NCBI GenBank assembly: GCA_025057295.1 | Contig: JANWXO010000001.1 | Span: 1 to 48,709 of the forward strand | Source of the DNA: Candidatus Binatia bacterium | Lineage (GTDB): Bacteria; Desulfobacterota; Binatia; Bin18 | Reading direction: 5' to 3' | DNA: 48,709 bases | Shown: piece after piece, positions 19,636-29,450 of the stretch | Numbering within the stretch: the first letter of the stretch is position 1 | Layout of the letters: every line of letters starts with the position of its first letter | Position numbers and translations under genes: made by a program | Notes under the pieces: generated by a model | Seen by the model: the letters and a program-made list of their open reading frames with translations, nothing else | What the model was told of the DNA's origin: nothing | The model's database searches: none

Positions 19636-20157
19636 ATGAGTGGTTTTTATTCGCATCGCAAGCTGGCGGAGAACGTGTACATCGAAATTGCCGGTGTCGA
19701 GCACGAAGACTTTGCCGTCGGGCAGGTGTTCGAACATCGTCCTGGCCGTACCTTCACTGCCGAGGACAGCCGCCTACACGCACTGCGCGGGGCAGATCTG
19801 TCGCCGCGTGCCGTGGATGCCGTCTACAATGAGAAGGTGTATGGCGGTGAACAGGTCGTGAGCGAAACCCTTGTCCTGGGAGTGGTCACTGCGCTGACGA
19901 CCAAGACCTTCAATAAAGTCGTTGCCAACCTCGGCTGGGGGCAGGTGCGTTTTCCTACGCCCGTGCGCGTCGGCGACACCATCTACGCCGAATCGGAGAT
20001 TGTCGGCAAACGGGAGTCTGCCTCGCGCCCGACCCAAGGCATTCTGCATATCAGGACGCGCGCGGTGAACCAGCGCGGGGAAGAGGTTTGCTCTTTTGAA
20101 CGGCGCCTGCTCGTGTACAAGCGCGGCCTCGGCCCCTACGAGGCGGCAGGGTATTAG
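19636..20157 (+). CDS. MaoC-family (hot-dog fold) acyl dehydratase, paralog 2
   Basis: HEDFAVGQVFEHRPGRTFTAEDS...VGDTIYAESEIVGKRES. 173 aa. Starts 30 nt after paralog 1. Confidence 0.8.
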   Translation: MSGFYSHRKLAENVYIEIAGVEHEDFAVGQVFEHRPGRTFTAEDSRLHALRGADLSPRAVDAVYNEKVYGGEQVVSETLVLGVVTALTTKTFNKVVANLGWGQVRFPTPVRVGDTIYAESEIVGKRESASRPTQGILHIRTRAVNQRGEEVCSFERRLLVYKRGLGPYEAAGY

Positions 20158-20289
20158 GACCCATCCCGCAGCGCTGGTCGAGGAAACCCCACCTCTACAA
20201 CCAGAAGGAGGGGAAAGAGCTCTCTGTCCCGCTGCGGCCCTCCTCTCCTGGCACCGCATGCAGCGGGAGTGGGGACCCGAGCCTGCGTG

Positions 20290-20751
20290 TTATGCCATGC
20301 GCTGGTCGAGCTGAATGATGGTCCCATCGGGATCTTGGAAGAGCGTGGTCATGACCTTCCCGCCCGGCGGCTCGCCGTATGCAACGGTATCGACCACGGT
20401 CGGCGGCAGGATGATGGGCACCCCGGCTGCCTTCACCTTCTCGAAGGTTTCCTGCAGGCCATCGACCCACAGGGCAAAATGGTGAATGCCCACTTGGTTC
20501 AGCTTGAGCGGTGCGCCTGAGGTGGGATGATCTTGCGAGAGCACGATGAAGGTAGCGTCCGGGCCGTCTTCCCACCGCAGATACACGCCGTGCCGCGTGC
20601 GCTGGCCAGAGACGCTGGACAACAGGCCGCCCGGGTTCTCCTGCGGGTCGTCCAAAGTGACGCGCAAGCCTAATAGATCGCGGTAAAAGCGCAGTGCGCG
20701 CTCCATGTCGCTGACGCCAATGGCAATGTGCGACGTGCCTCTGATCTTCAT
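20290..20751 (-). CDS. VOC (glyoxalase/bleomycin-resistance/dioxygenase) family protein
   Basis: MKIRGTSHIAIGVSDMERALRFYRDLLGL...IHHFALWVD. Start trimmed to ATG 20751 (GGAGGGAG RBS). 153 aa. Confidence 0.8.
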   Translation of the reverse strand: MKIRGTSHIAIGVSDMERALRFYRDLLGLRVTLDDPQENPGGLLSSVSGQRTRHGVYLRWEDGPDATFIVLSQDHPTSGAPLKLNQVGIHHFALWVDGLQETFEKVKAAGVPIILPPTVVDTVAYGEPPGGKVMTTLFQDPDGTIIQLDQRMA

Positions 20752-20818
20752 GATCTCCCTCCTTGGTGGCGGTTCCATCTCTGGGTCTCCGTATGAAGCT
20801 GCTCGAGCGGGAATGCCG

Positions 20819-21598
20819 TTATTTTCCCTGCCACTGCGGCGCCCGCTTTTCCAGAAACGCCCGTAACCCTTCTTGCTGGTCTGCAGAGGCAAAGCAAGCG
20901 GTGGCAGCTTCGTTTTCGTAGAGAATGGCGGACTCAATATCGACTTCTCGACTCCGGGCGATGCAGCGCTTCACCCACGCGACGGCCAGGGGACCGCGAC
21001 CGGTGAGTTTGTCCGTCAGCTCCTCCACTTTGCTGGTTAAGGCGGCAGGTTCCACGACAGCGGTGACGAGTCCGATGCGGGCGGCCTCTTCTGCCTCGAG
21101 GAGATCGCCGGTCATGCCGAGTTCTTTGGCTTTGCCTTCGCCTATCAGGCGTGGCAGGAGATAGGTCGAGCCGTTGGTCATAGGTTGGTTGATGCGGACC
21201 TCAGCCGAGCCCAGGCGCGCCGTGGTGGCGGCGATACGAAAGTCACACACCAGGATCAATTCAAATCCAGCACCGACCGCGGCACCGTTGATCGCGGCGA
21301 TGGTCGGTTTGGGGAAAGTGCGGATGAGCGACCATGTCTCTGTCAGCTGTGCCAGGAAATCACGGAAGGTCGCTGAGTCAGCACGGTGTAGCATCTGGAT
21401 ATCGGCGCCCGCGCAGAACCCACGTCCGGCACCGGTGATCACGAGAACTTTGACCTGCTCGTCTGTCTGGGCATCGGTTGCCGCTTGCGTGAGACTGCGG
21501 ATCATCTCCGGCGTGATCGCGTTGAGCGTCTGCGGGCGGTTCAAGGTGATCCAGGCAGCGGGGCCGCGCTTGTCGTACAGCAGGTCGGTGAATACCAT
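20819..21598 (-). CDS. Enoyl-CoA hydratase/isomerase (crotonase) family protein
   Basis: AWITLNRPQTLNAI and ITGAGRGFCAGADI motifs. 259 aa. Confidence 0.85.
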   Translation of the reverse strand: MVFTDLLYDKRGPAAWITLNRPQTLNAITPEMIRSLTQAATDAQTDEQVKVLVITGAGRGFCAGADIQMLHRADSATFRDFLAQLTETWSLIRTFPKPTIAAINGAAVGAGFELILVCDFRIAATTARLGSAEVRINQPMTNGSTYLLPRLIGEGKAKELGMTGDLLEAEEAARIGLVTAVVEPAALTSKVEELTDKLTGRGPLAVAWVKRCIARSREVDIESAILYENEAATACFASADQQEGLRAFLEKRAPQWQGK

Positions 21599-21617
21599 CG
21601 CTCCTCCTTCTTCTCGC

Positions 21618-23093
21618 TCACTCTGGGGCTTTGCGCACCTGCGAGATCAGCTGTCGTTCGTGTTCGTATAGGCTCTCTTCTAACCCGACCCGATATGGTG
21701 CCGGGTCGGGTGATCGCTTGACCTCCGCGGGGAGGCAGGCGAGTTGGTCTTGCGCGCGCTGGCGAATCTGGTGCAGCGGGGGCGAGGTGTAGACCGCCTT
21801 GCCGTTGCGGAAGACAGGAACGAGCAGGTCGGTGTAGGGAGTATCCGGTGGCAGCCGGTGTCGCGCGGTCGGGTGCAGCGGGTCGACCAGGGTCCACCCG
21901 CCTAGCGGTTTCGTCTCCTCGCTGTAGATCACGTCGGCGAGGAACGTGCGGTGCGCTGTGTAGTAGCGTCGTACCTGCAAGATGCCGGGGGTGGAGACCT
22001 TCGCGGGTTCGTCTGACAGTTTGATCTTATCCTGCCAGGGGCCGCCAGGGGCACGAATGGCACCGAGTTTGTACACCCCGCCCAACGCCGGCTGATTGTA
22101 AGCCGTGACCAGTTTGGTCCCGACCCCCCAGGTGGTAATCTTTGCTCCGCGGTTTTTCAACTCTTTGATTGCCTGTTCGTCTAAGTCCCCGCTGCCGATA
22201 ATGATCGCCTGTGGGAAACCCGCTTCATCCAGGATCCGCCGGGCTTCGATGCTGAGCTGCGCCAAATCGCCCGAGTCCAAACGGATGCCGATCAGCTCGC
22301 GTCCCTGTGCTCGCAGCCACTGGCCGACCTGGACGGCTTTCCGTACCCCTTCAAGGGTGTTGTAGGTGTCGACCAGGAAGATGCAGTTGTTCGGCATCGC
22401 CCGCGCGTAGGCCTGAAACGCCTCGAGCTCGTCGTCAAACGACATCACCCAGCTGTGGGCATGGGTGCCCCGTACCGGAATGCCGAAGAGTTTGCCGGCG
22501 AGCACGTTGGATGTAGCGGCACAGCCACCGATATACGCTGCCCGGCTCGCTGCCAGGGCGCCATCGATGCCCTGAGCCCGGCGCAGGCCGAATTCCAGGA
22601 CTGGCTCTCCTGCAGCGGCTAAACAGACATGGGCAGCCTTGGTGGCGATGAGCGTCTGGAAGTTGATCAGATTCAGGAGCACGGTTTCCAGCAACTGACA
22701 CTGAATGATCGGACCTTGGACTCGCACGAGCGGCTCGCGCGGAAAGACCACCGTGCCTTCGGGAATCGCATCCACGTGGCAGGAAAAGTCCATCGTGCGC
22801 AGATAGGCGAGGAAGTCTTGCTCGAACAGCGGATTCCCGTCGCTGCCGCGCAGCTCCGCTAAGTAGGCCAGATCTTCTGTGTCGAAGTGCAAGGTGCTGA
22901 GCAGATCGACGACGTACGCGAGTCCGCAGGCGATGCTAAACCCGGAATGAAAGGGGTTTTCGCGGAAGAAAAGATGAAAGACGGCTTCCTTCGTGTTGAC
23001 CCCGGACTTCCAGTAGCCATACGCCATCGTCAGTTGGTAGAGGTCGGTCAGGAGTGCCAGAGACGGCCGATAGAGTTCGGAGGGAATGCGCAT
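21618..23093 (-). CDS. pncB: Nicotinate phosphoribosyltransferase
   Basis: LLTDLYQLTMAYGYWK...LEFGLRRAQG...GTHAHSWVMSF...LVDTYNT are classic NAPRTase blocks. Start trimmed to ATG 23093, giving a typical 491 aa. Confidence 0.9.
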   Translation of the reverse strand: MRIPSELYRPSLALLTDLYQLTMAYGYWKSGVNTKEAVFHLFFRENPFHSGFSIACGLAYVVDLLSTLHFDTEDLAYLAELRGSDGNPLFEQDFLAYLRTMDFSCHVDAIPEGTVVFPREPLVRVQGPIIQCQLLETVLLNLINFQTLIATKAAHVCLAAAGEPVLEFGLRRAQGIDGALAASRAAYIGGCAATSNVLAGKLFGIPVRGTHAHSWVMSFDDELEAFQAYARAMPNNCIFLVDTYNTLEGVRKAVQVGQWLRAQGRELIGIRLDSGDLAQLSIEARRILDEAGFPQAIIIGSGDLDEQAIKELKNRGAKITTWGVGTKLVTAYNQPALGGVYKLGAIRAPGGPWQDKIKLSDEPAKVSTPGILQVRRYYTAHRTFLADVIYSEETKPLGGWTLVDPLHPTARHRLPPDTPYTDLLVPVFRNGKAVYTSPPLHQIRQRAQDQLACLPAEVKRSPDPAPYRVGLEESLYEHERQLISQVRKAPE

Positions 23094-23286
23094 CGCCACG
23101 GCTCTCGTGTCTGCAGATATGTCCGTTAACTTGCCAAATTTCTTGCGTTCTGACCAGCTTGGCGGCGGTCCCTGTCCTCGCCACCGTTGTCCGACAGAGG
23201 ATGGTGTGGTAGGGGCAGGAGACGGTGCGGCAAGCAGGCCAGGCCGGGTGGCGTGAGAGCGGAGAACAGTGCTGAGGAGGAGAACC

Positions 23287-24366
23287 ATGCAATTCGGTGT
23301 CACCGTGGCAACGAAAATCGACGATTGGCAGTTGATCAAGTATGCCGAGGATTTGGGATACGATCGGGCGTGGGTGCCTGACTCGCAGATGATCTGGTCC
23401 GATTGCTATGCGACCCTTGCCTTGGCTGCGCACAACACCTCGCGCATTCACCTCGGTACCGGGGTTGCGATTCCTGGCACCCGCATCGCCCCCGTCACAG
23501 CACACGCCATTGCCTCTATCAACAAACTGGCTCCTGGACGGACCTTCTTAGGGGTTGGCACTGGCCACACGGCAATGCGGGTAATGGGGATGGAACCGAT
23601 GCGGATTCGCGAGTTCCGGGAATATCTGCGGGTGGTCAAGACTCTGCTCCGCGGTGAAGAGGTCGAGTATACGTTGCACGGCGTGACCCGCACGATCCGT
23701 TTTCTCCATCAGGACCTCGAGTTCCTGAATCTCCGCGATCCCATTCCCTTGTACGTTGCAGCAAACGGACCGCTCGCCTTGAAAGTCGCCGGGGAATACG
23801 GAGAGGGGCTGATCTCGGTCTTCAATGAGCAGTCTGGGGTGCTGACGCAGCATCTGCAGCGCGTGCGCGAGGGAGCAGCACGGGCGGGCCGTTCCGTGGA
23901 CCAGACGTTTCATACCGTCGCTTTGACGACGGCGGTCATGTTGCGGCCGGGGGAGAAACTCACCGCCGATCGGGTCATTGACGAAGCGGGAGCATGGGCT
24001 GCGGCGGTGATTCATTTTGTCTACGAGATCTATCAGCAGACCAAGAACGAGGCGGTGATCCCGCCTGCCTTGCGCGGCATTTGGGAGGAGTACTGTGCCT
24101 ACGTGGACAGTATGGAGACTCCGCGCGAGAAGCGCTACCTGCAGATTCACAATGGTCACTGCACGTTTCTCGTGCCGGAGGAGCGCCGCTTTATCACACC
24201 GGAAGTGATCCGTGGAACGTGCCTCGTCGGTGAGCCACACGAGATTCTCGCCCAGCTCCGCCGCGCCGAGCAGGAGGGGTTGAAAGAGGTGAACCTCTTG
24301 CCCCCGATGGCTCATAGCCGCAAGGTCCTCAAGGATTTTGCGGAGCAGGTGATGAAGCGGTACTGA
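23287..24366 (+). CDS. LLM-class (luciferase-like) flavin/F420-dependent oxidoreductase
   Basis: MQFGVTVATKIDDWQLIKYAEDLGYDRAWVPDSQ...LGTGVAIPGTRIAP...GVGTGHTAMR. GAGGAGGAG RBS before ATG 23287. Confidence 0.8.
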   Translation: MQFGVTVATKIDDWQLIKYAEDLGYDRAWVPDSQMIWSDCYATLALAAHNTSRIHLGTGVAIPGTRIAPVTAHAIASINKLAPGRTFLGVGTGHTAMRVMGMEPMRIREFREYLRVVKTLLRGEEVEYTLHGVTRTIRFLHQDLEFLNLRDPIPLYVAANGPLALKVAGEYGEGLISVFNEQSGVLTQHLQRVREGAARAGRSVDQTFHTVALTTAVMLRPGEKLTADRVIDEAGAWAAAVIHFVYEIYQQTKNEAVIPPALRGIWEEYCAYVDSMETPREKRYLQIHNGHCTFLVPEERRFITPEVIRGTCLVGEPHEILAQLRRAEQEGLKEVNLLPPMAHSRKVLKDFAEQVMKRY

Positions 24367-24385
24367 GCTGCTTCTGGCAGGCGCG

Positions 24386-26152
24386 CTAGAGGAAGGGGGG
24401 CGGCTTCCGCAGCGCCTTCTCGAGCCGCGTATCGTAACCGTAGATGTCGGGACGGAATTGCACGACTCCTTCCTGGTCGACCCAAGCCGTCCAGTAGACG
24501 ATATGGACCGGCAGGGGAGAGGTGAGCCGCACGGTGCGTCTTGTCCCGCGGTCCAGTGCGGCGACGAGCGTGTCCTGCGTCCACTGGGGATTCTCTCGCA
24601 GCACGTAGGTGGCGAGCTCCAGAGGCTCTTCGACGCGGATGCAGCCGTGGCTGAATGTCCGTACCCGGTTCTCGAAGAGGTGACGGGAGTGAGGCGGGGT
24701 GTCGTGCAGGTAGATGTTGAACGGGTTGGGGAGCATAAATTTGATGCGGCCTAGAGAGTTGGTTGGGCCGGGCTCTTGGCGGAGGCGGTAAGGGAAATAC
24801 TCGGCAGAGAGCTGACGCCAATTGACCGTGCGCGGATCGATGACAGTCGACTTGCCGTTGACCCGCTGCAGCACTTGGATACGGTGGGCGGTCAGATAGT
24901 TTGGGTTGCGGCGGATACGCGGGAGCAGCTCTTTGGTCGCGATGCTGTGGGGCAGGTGCCACTCCGGGTTCAGCACCAGGTGGGTCATGGGGGCGCTGAA
25001 CACTGGAGTCGCGGTAGCTTCTTTCCCGACGACGATGCGCGTATTCCACACCGGGCGTCCGTGTTCCCACGCCTCCAGGCTAAAGCCAGCAATGTTGATC
25101 ACCAGGGCGCGTGGTGGCAATTCGCGTGGCAGCCAGCGCAGACGCTCGAGGTTGAGCGCGATTTGTCGCGCGCGGGCTGTTGCCGGGACATTCAGCGCCG
25201 CGCGCGTTGCCGGACCGACGATGGCGTCCGGACTCAAGCCGTACCGGCGTTGAAAGCGCCGCACGGCCCGTGCGAGGGTGTCGTCATACTGGTCGGTGGC
25301 TGCCGCTGCATCCCTGTCCGATGCGAGGAACCCTTCGGCTCGCAGGCGTGCGCGCAGGTGCGGCACGCACGGAGCGCGATCGCCGGGGGACAGGGTAGGA
25401 CAGTCAGGGACGGTTGCCCATCCTCCGGCGGCGGCGATCTCCCGATAGTGGGCCAGCGCCTGACGTAACTGCACATAGAGGGGGTGCGAGGGGGCGGCAG
25501 TGCGCAAGACGCGCACGACCTGATTCGTGGCTAACGCGTGCTCCAGAAGGGAGACGAGATCGATCTTGCGACGGGAGGCCTGCCATTCAGTGCGATCCGT
25601 CTCGGGGTCGATGCGTCCGGCCAGGAGGTGTGCCGTGTACAAGAAGAAAGCGTCGGTGAGCAGAAGGTCGAGGTCGACCACAGCGTCGAGGTCGCGGGAG
25701 GCATGGTGCCTGGCGGGTGCGGAGCGCAGAATACTCAGCAGCCGGCGGATCTGCTTCAGGTGGTAGTCAGCCGGTTGCAGCCCTTCCTGATCGATCGCCT
25801 CGATAGCGGCGAGCAGGGTAGTTCCCTGCGGCAGGAGGACCGCTCCGGCAGTCCAGGCTGGTTGATAAGCTCGTCGCTGGTAAAAATGCAACAGTGCTAA
25901 AGGGGCACGGATGTGCTCGCCGGCGACGACAAGGTATGGCGGGAGTGGGGTGGTTGCGAGCCGCTGGTAGAGCTGCGCCTGAACAGAGTCGGGCGCCAGC
26001 TGGGCAGCAATGCCCTTCCCGCTGAGTCCTAGGCACGACCACGCGAGGACGGTCAACAACAGTACGACCAGCCGCGCACGTCGGGCAGGCAGGGGAAGCA
26101 GCTCGCTCCGCCGCGCACGACCTCCACGCGACGATTTCCTCTGTAGAGTCAT
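24386..26152 (-). CDS. L,D-transpeptidase (YkuD domain) with peptidoglycan-binding domain, YcbB/LdtD-like
   Basis: PG_binding_1 motif VRRFQRRYGLSPDAIVGPATRAALNV. Catalytic block YLHDTPPHSRHLFENRVRTFSHGCIRVEEP. Start trimmed to ATG 26152, followed by a TM/signal segment. Confidence 0.85.
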   Translation of the reverse strand: MTLQRKSSRGGRARRSELLPLPARRARLVVLLLTVLAWSCLGLSGKGIAAQLAPDSVQAQLYQRLATTPLPPYLVVAGEHIRAPLALLHFYQRRAYQPAWTAGAVLLPQGTTLLAAIEAIDQEGLQPADYHLKQIRRLLSILRSAPARHHASRDLDAVVDLDLLLTDAFFLYTAHLLAGRIDPETDRTEWQASRRKIDLVSLLEHALATNQVVRVLRTAAPSHPLYVQLRQALAHYREIAAAGGWATVPDCPTLSPGDRAPCVPHLRARLRAEGFLASDRDAAAATDQYDDTLARAVRRFQRRYGLSPDAIVGPATRAALNVPATARARQIALNLERLRWLPRELPPRALVINIAGFSLEAWEHGRPVWNTRIVVGKEATATPVFSAPMTHLVLNPEWHLPHSIATKELLPRIRRNPNYLTAHRIQVLQRVNGKSTVIDPRTVNWRQLSAEYFPYRLRQEPGPTNSLGRIKFMLPNPFNIYLHDTPPHSRHLFENRVRTFSHGCIRVEEPLELATYVLRENPQWTQDTLVAALDRGTRRTVRLTSPLPVHIVYWTAWVDQEGVVQFRPDIYGYDTRLEKALRKPPPFL

Positions 26153-26198
26153 CTGCTTGGTACTGTGATCGCTCCGTTGGACGGACCAGCGCGCGGTG

Positions 26199-26705
26199 CT
26201 AGCGTTGCCGTCGGTGTTCCACGCGAAACTCACCGTGACAGCCCCGATCAACCCAAATGCCGACGCCACCTCTATCCGCTCCCCACGTTTCGTCTTGGCG
26301 ACACGGGGCAGCGCTCAGTTGTCGGAGCAAGCGGACGCGACCCCGCGCGTTGGTCGGACAATAGCGATAACGGCCACCCTGGGATTCACACTTCAGCGTC
26401 ACCTCCCCGCCGGCGCCCGCGCCCGAGGAGAACCACGGCTCCACGAAAAATATGCCACGACAGCCCTGGTCAACCCATATGCCGCCACCGTCGCGGTCTG
26501 CTCCCCACGTCTCGTATTGTCGGCAAGGCGCATCGCTAAGCTGGCGCTGCAACCTGACGCGGCCCGTCATATGGGTGCGGCAGTATTCATACCTCTCTCC
26601 ACGCGACTCGCACCGCACGCTCCTACCCTCCTGTGCATGGGCGGAATGCTGGGGGACAACCATCAGCGCCAGGAGAGCAGGGACAAACCGGGACAGAAAT
26701 ACCAT
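26199..26705 (-). CDS. DUF3011 domain protein (secreted, two Cys-rich repeats)
   Basis: Signal peptide followed by two copies of C-ES-G-RY-YC...GRVRL-RQLS-APC-(Q)-ETWGADR-G-GIWVD-GC-G-F. Confidence 0.7.
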   Translation of the reverse strand: MVFLSRFVPALLALMVVPQHSAHAQEGRSVRCESRGERYEYCRTHMTGRVRLQRQLSDAPCRQYETWGADRDGGGIWVDQGCRGIFFVEPWFSSGAGAGGEVTLKCESQGGRYRYCPTNARGRVRLLRQLSAAPCRQDETWGADRGGVGIWVDRGCHGEFRVEHRRQR

Positions 26706-26936
26706 AATCCTCCTCCGTCCAATCGGTACGGTCTCACTATATACAACGTGCGCTGTAGGAGGAAGGCACTCGTCGCCTCAGCCACCCTGGGGATCTCGGT
26801 GCCGGGAGGCAGAGACAGCAAACGTTTCGGGATCCGTGAACGAGAGTTCCGCTGGACAAGGGAGCTAGCGTGTCGGAAAGCAGCCCGGATCGTCTCGGGG
26901 CTCAGGGAGATCCCGGTGACCAACTTCTCTCCCAGA

Positions 26937-28502
26937 CTACGCGAGATTGGCTTCGATCAGCATCGGCCCGGGGGTACGGAAGGAGTAGTGGAGCGCATCG
27001 GTGAGCTCTTCCGCCGTGAACACCGCTTTGGCCTCTACACCGAAGCCCTGCGCCAGTTTGACGAAATCAAAGTCCGGCCTGTCTAGACCGGTAAGAGCGA
27101 GGCTGGCTGCACCGGGCGTCATGTGGGCCCGTTCCAGCTCCCAGCGCAGGATGGCGTAAGCACGATTTTTGCAGATGACAGTCGTCACATGCTGACGTTC
27201 ACGCGCCATCGTCCACAGGGCTTGAATCGTGTAGAGCGAGGAGCCGTCTCCTTCCAAGCAGAGCACGCGGCGATCGGGGGCTGCCGCTGCCGCTCCGACA
27301 GCACACGGTAACCCTTGGCCGATCGACCCCCCGGTGAGCGCCATATACGTGAACGGTGGCGCACCGGCGGCAAACCCGTAGTAGGCAAACCCGGCTGTTG
27401 CTCCTTCGTCCATTACGATGACACCTTCAGGCTGTGCCGCGGCGATCGCCTGGCACATGGAGATCGGGGTCAGCGCACCCATCGGCGGTTGAGGACGGGG
27501 CGCTGCAGGAACAGGACGGGGAGCTGGCGCGCCCAATGTGTCGGCAAGAGCAACCAGGGCTTCCACAGGGTCGACCGTGGCGCCGCAAAGCGGGAGAATG
27601 TCGGCGTCCTCAGCGCACAAGCCGCTGCGGCCATTGGGATAACCGAAGAAGGCGACCGGCTCCCCGGCTCCGGCCAACAGCACGGTGCGATAGGGAGCGA
27701 GGAGTTGACGAGCCGGTTCAGGTGGGTAGGGGATTTTGTCCGGTGACAAGAGGCCAGCGCCGCGGTCCATGACTGCAGGAAAGGTCGGAGCCAGTACGCG
27801 GCAGGCTGTCGCTCGTGCGATCCGCTCGGCTGCTTGCAGACCGGGCGTCCGCAGGGCACGACCGCCTAATACGAGGGCGGCAGCACCGGCACGGAGCGCA
27901 CGCGCCGCCCGTTCGATCGTGGCCGGATCCGGTGGGGTCGGCGGTGGAATCTGTGGCGTGAGCGGTGCAGTCGTGACCCGCGCCCACTGCACGTCTGCCG
28001 GGAGAATCAGTGTTGCCGGCCCGCTCGGCAGCGCAGCCGCCCGTGCGATCACCTCGGCCATGTCTGCCGCGACAGACTCGGGTCGAGCGGCGGTGCGCAC
28101 GAAACACGACATCGGCTGCGCGAGCGTCGCAATGTCCGAGGTCAACGGCGCGTTGGCGGCGATATGCCAGGTCGCATGTTCGCCGACGATCGAGATGACC
28201 GGAGAGCCCGCTTTGCGAGCGTTGTGCAGGTTGGCCAGACCATTGGCGAGGCCAGGACCGAGATGGAGCAGGGCCAGGGCTGGCCGACCGCTAATGCGGG
28301 TGTACCCGTCGGCTGCCCCCGTACAGACCCCTTCGAAGACCGCCAGCACCGCCCGCAGTTGCGGGCAGCGGTCGAGGGCGTGCACCAAGGACAGTTCCGT
28401 CGTTCCCGGGTTGGCGAAGCAAATATCGATCCCTGCGGCGACGGCTGTCCGTAAAACCACCTCGGCGCCTGTGTAGGTCGTGCTCTCTTCCGCTGTCGTC
28501 AT
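26937..28502 (-). CDS. Thiamine diphosphate-dependent enzyme (acetolactate synthase large subunit / benzoylformate decarboxylase-like)
   Basis: N-terminal Pyr domain (GIDICFANPGTTELSLVHAL...GAADGYTRISGRPALALLHLGPGLANGLANLHNA) and C-terminal PP domain (GSIGQGLPCAVGAA...CLEGDGSSLYTIQALWT). Confidence 0.85.
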   Translation of the reverse strand: MTTAEESTTYTGAEVVLRTAVAAGIDICFANPGTTELSLVHALDRCPQLRAVLAVFEGVCTGAADGYTRISGRPALALLHLGPGLANGLANLHNARKAGSPVISIVGEHATWHIAANAPLTSDIATLAQPMSCFVRTAARPESVAADMAEVIARAAALPSGPATLILPADVQWARVTTAPLTPQIPPPTPPDPATIERAARALRAGAAALVLGGRALRTPGLQAAERIARATACRVLAPTFPAVMDRGAGLLSPDKIPYPPEPARQLLAPYRTVLLAGAGEPVAFFGYPNGRSGLCAEDADILPLCGATVDPVEALVALADTLGAPAPRPVPAAPRPQPPMGALTPISMCQAIAAAQPEGVIVMDEGATAGFAYYGFAAGAPPFTYMALTGGSIGQGLPCAVGAAAAAPDRRVLCLEGDGSSLYTIQALWTMARERQHVTTVICKNRAYAILRWELERAHMTPGAASLALTGLDRPDFDFVKLAQGFGVEAKAVFTAEELTDALHYSFRTPGPMLIEANLA

Positions 28503-28680
28503 GCCGTGTCCCTTTGCCAGAACCGGAAAAACAACCTGTGATAACCTCCGCCGCTATGCACCACCCGTGCATCCACAGGAATACCATTCCCTGCAGTTTT
28601 CATGCAACCGGAGGACACCTGCTTCCGACCGAGAACCGGCGTGGCTGAAGAAGCAGGAACCGTGGCAACAGCACCCGCGG

Positions 28681-29151
28681 TCAAAGAGGGGTGTAGTGGG
28701 GCTGGATTCTACCAGGCTCGCCGAGCAGGGTTCCCGACAGCTGCTGCCCACGGCGGGGTGTCTTCTCTTCGACGGTAATATCGTCGAGGTAGAAGCGCAC
28801 GGACGCAAAGGGACCGGTGAGGGAAAAGAACAGTTCCGCCTGCCGATGGCAGTGCTTCTCGACGACGACTCTGCTCAGCATGGGATCGACTGTCAGTTGA
28901 CGCTGCACGAGCACTTCGCCGACAGCGTCAGACACCCCACAGGCGATCGTCTCCCGCCAGGGGTCGAGCAGGCGGAGACGGAGGAACACGCGTACCTCGA
29001 GCTCCCACACGCAGGACGGTAAAGGGAGATACAGCCGTGCCACCTCCTTCATCCGTTGAGCCTGGAGACGAATGATGAGTCCAGTGCCTGACGGCTGTGC
29101 CGTTGCAGTGCCTACCGCCCGCCACGTTGCCGGTACTCCTAACTGTCGCAT
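28681..29151 (-). CDS. Hypothetical protein (156 aa)
   Basis: Good AGGAG RBS 9 nt before ATG 29151. No recognisable domain. C-terminal segment VRFYLDDITVEE. Confidence 0.4.
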   Translation of the reverse strand: MRQLGVPATWRAVGTATAQPSGTGLIIRLQAQRMKEVARLYLPLPSCVWELEVRVFLRLRLLDPWRETIACGVSDAVGEVLVQRQLTVDPMLSRVVVEKHCHRQAELFFSLTGPFASVRFYLDDITVEEKTPRRGQQLSGTLLGEPGRIQPHYTPL

Positions 29152-29277
29152 CCCAAAACACTCCTGAATGACAGGTTTCTCTCAATGCCTGCTCGGGTTA
29201 TGTGGGAAGGCAGCAGAGCAAGAACCGGACCAGGAGCTGAAGGGCAGAAAGTGAGCGGTTTCGCTGTCTCCCCGTGA

Positions 29278-29307
29278 GGCACGGCGACCCGATCAGGTCG
29301 CCGTGCC
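29278..29307 (-). terminator. Perfect 12-bp stem / 6-nt loop GC-rich hairpin downstream of the minus-strand lipid operon (no U-tract)
   Basis: GGCACGGCGACC-cgatca-GGTCGCCGTGCC read directly. A second imperfect palindrome, GTGCACCCGCAG/CTGCGGTGCAC, lies about 20 nt away. Confidence 0.35.
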
Positions 29308-29450
29308 AAAGCAAAGGAACCGTGTGTGTGCACCCGCAGCTGCGGTGCACGCGCGGTGGAGAAACCCTGCTCCCATTTTATGGGACAACGGACACGGTCA
29401 CCGCGGGTATATCATGACCGTGCTCTTTCCCTCCCGCCGTAGGCAGAGGG

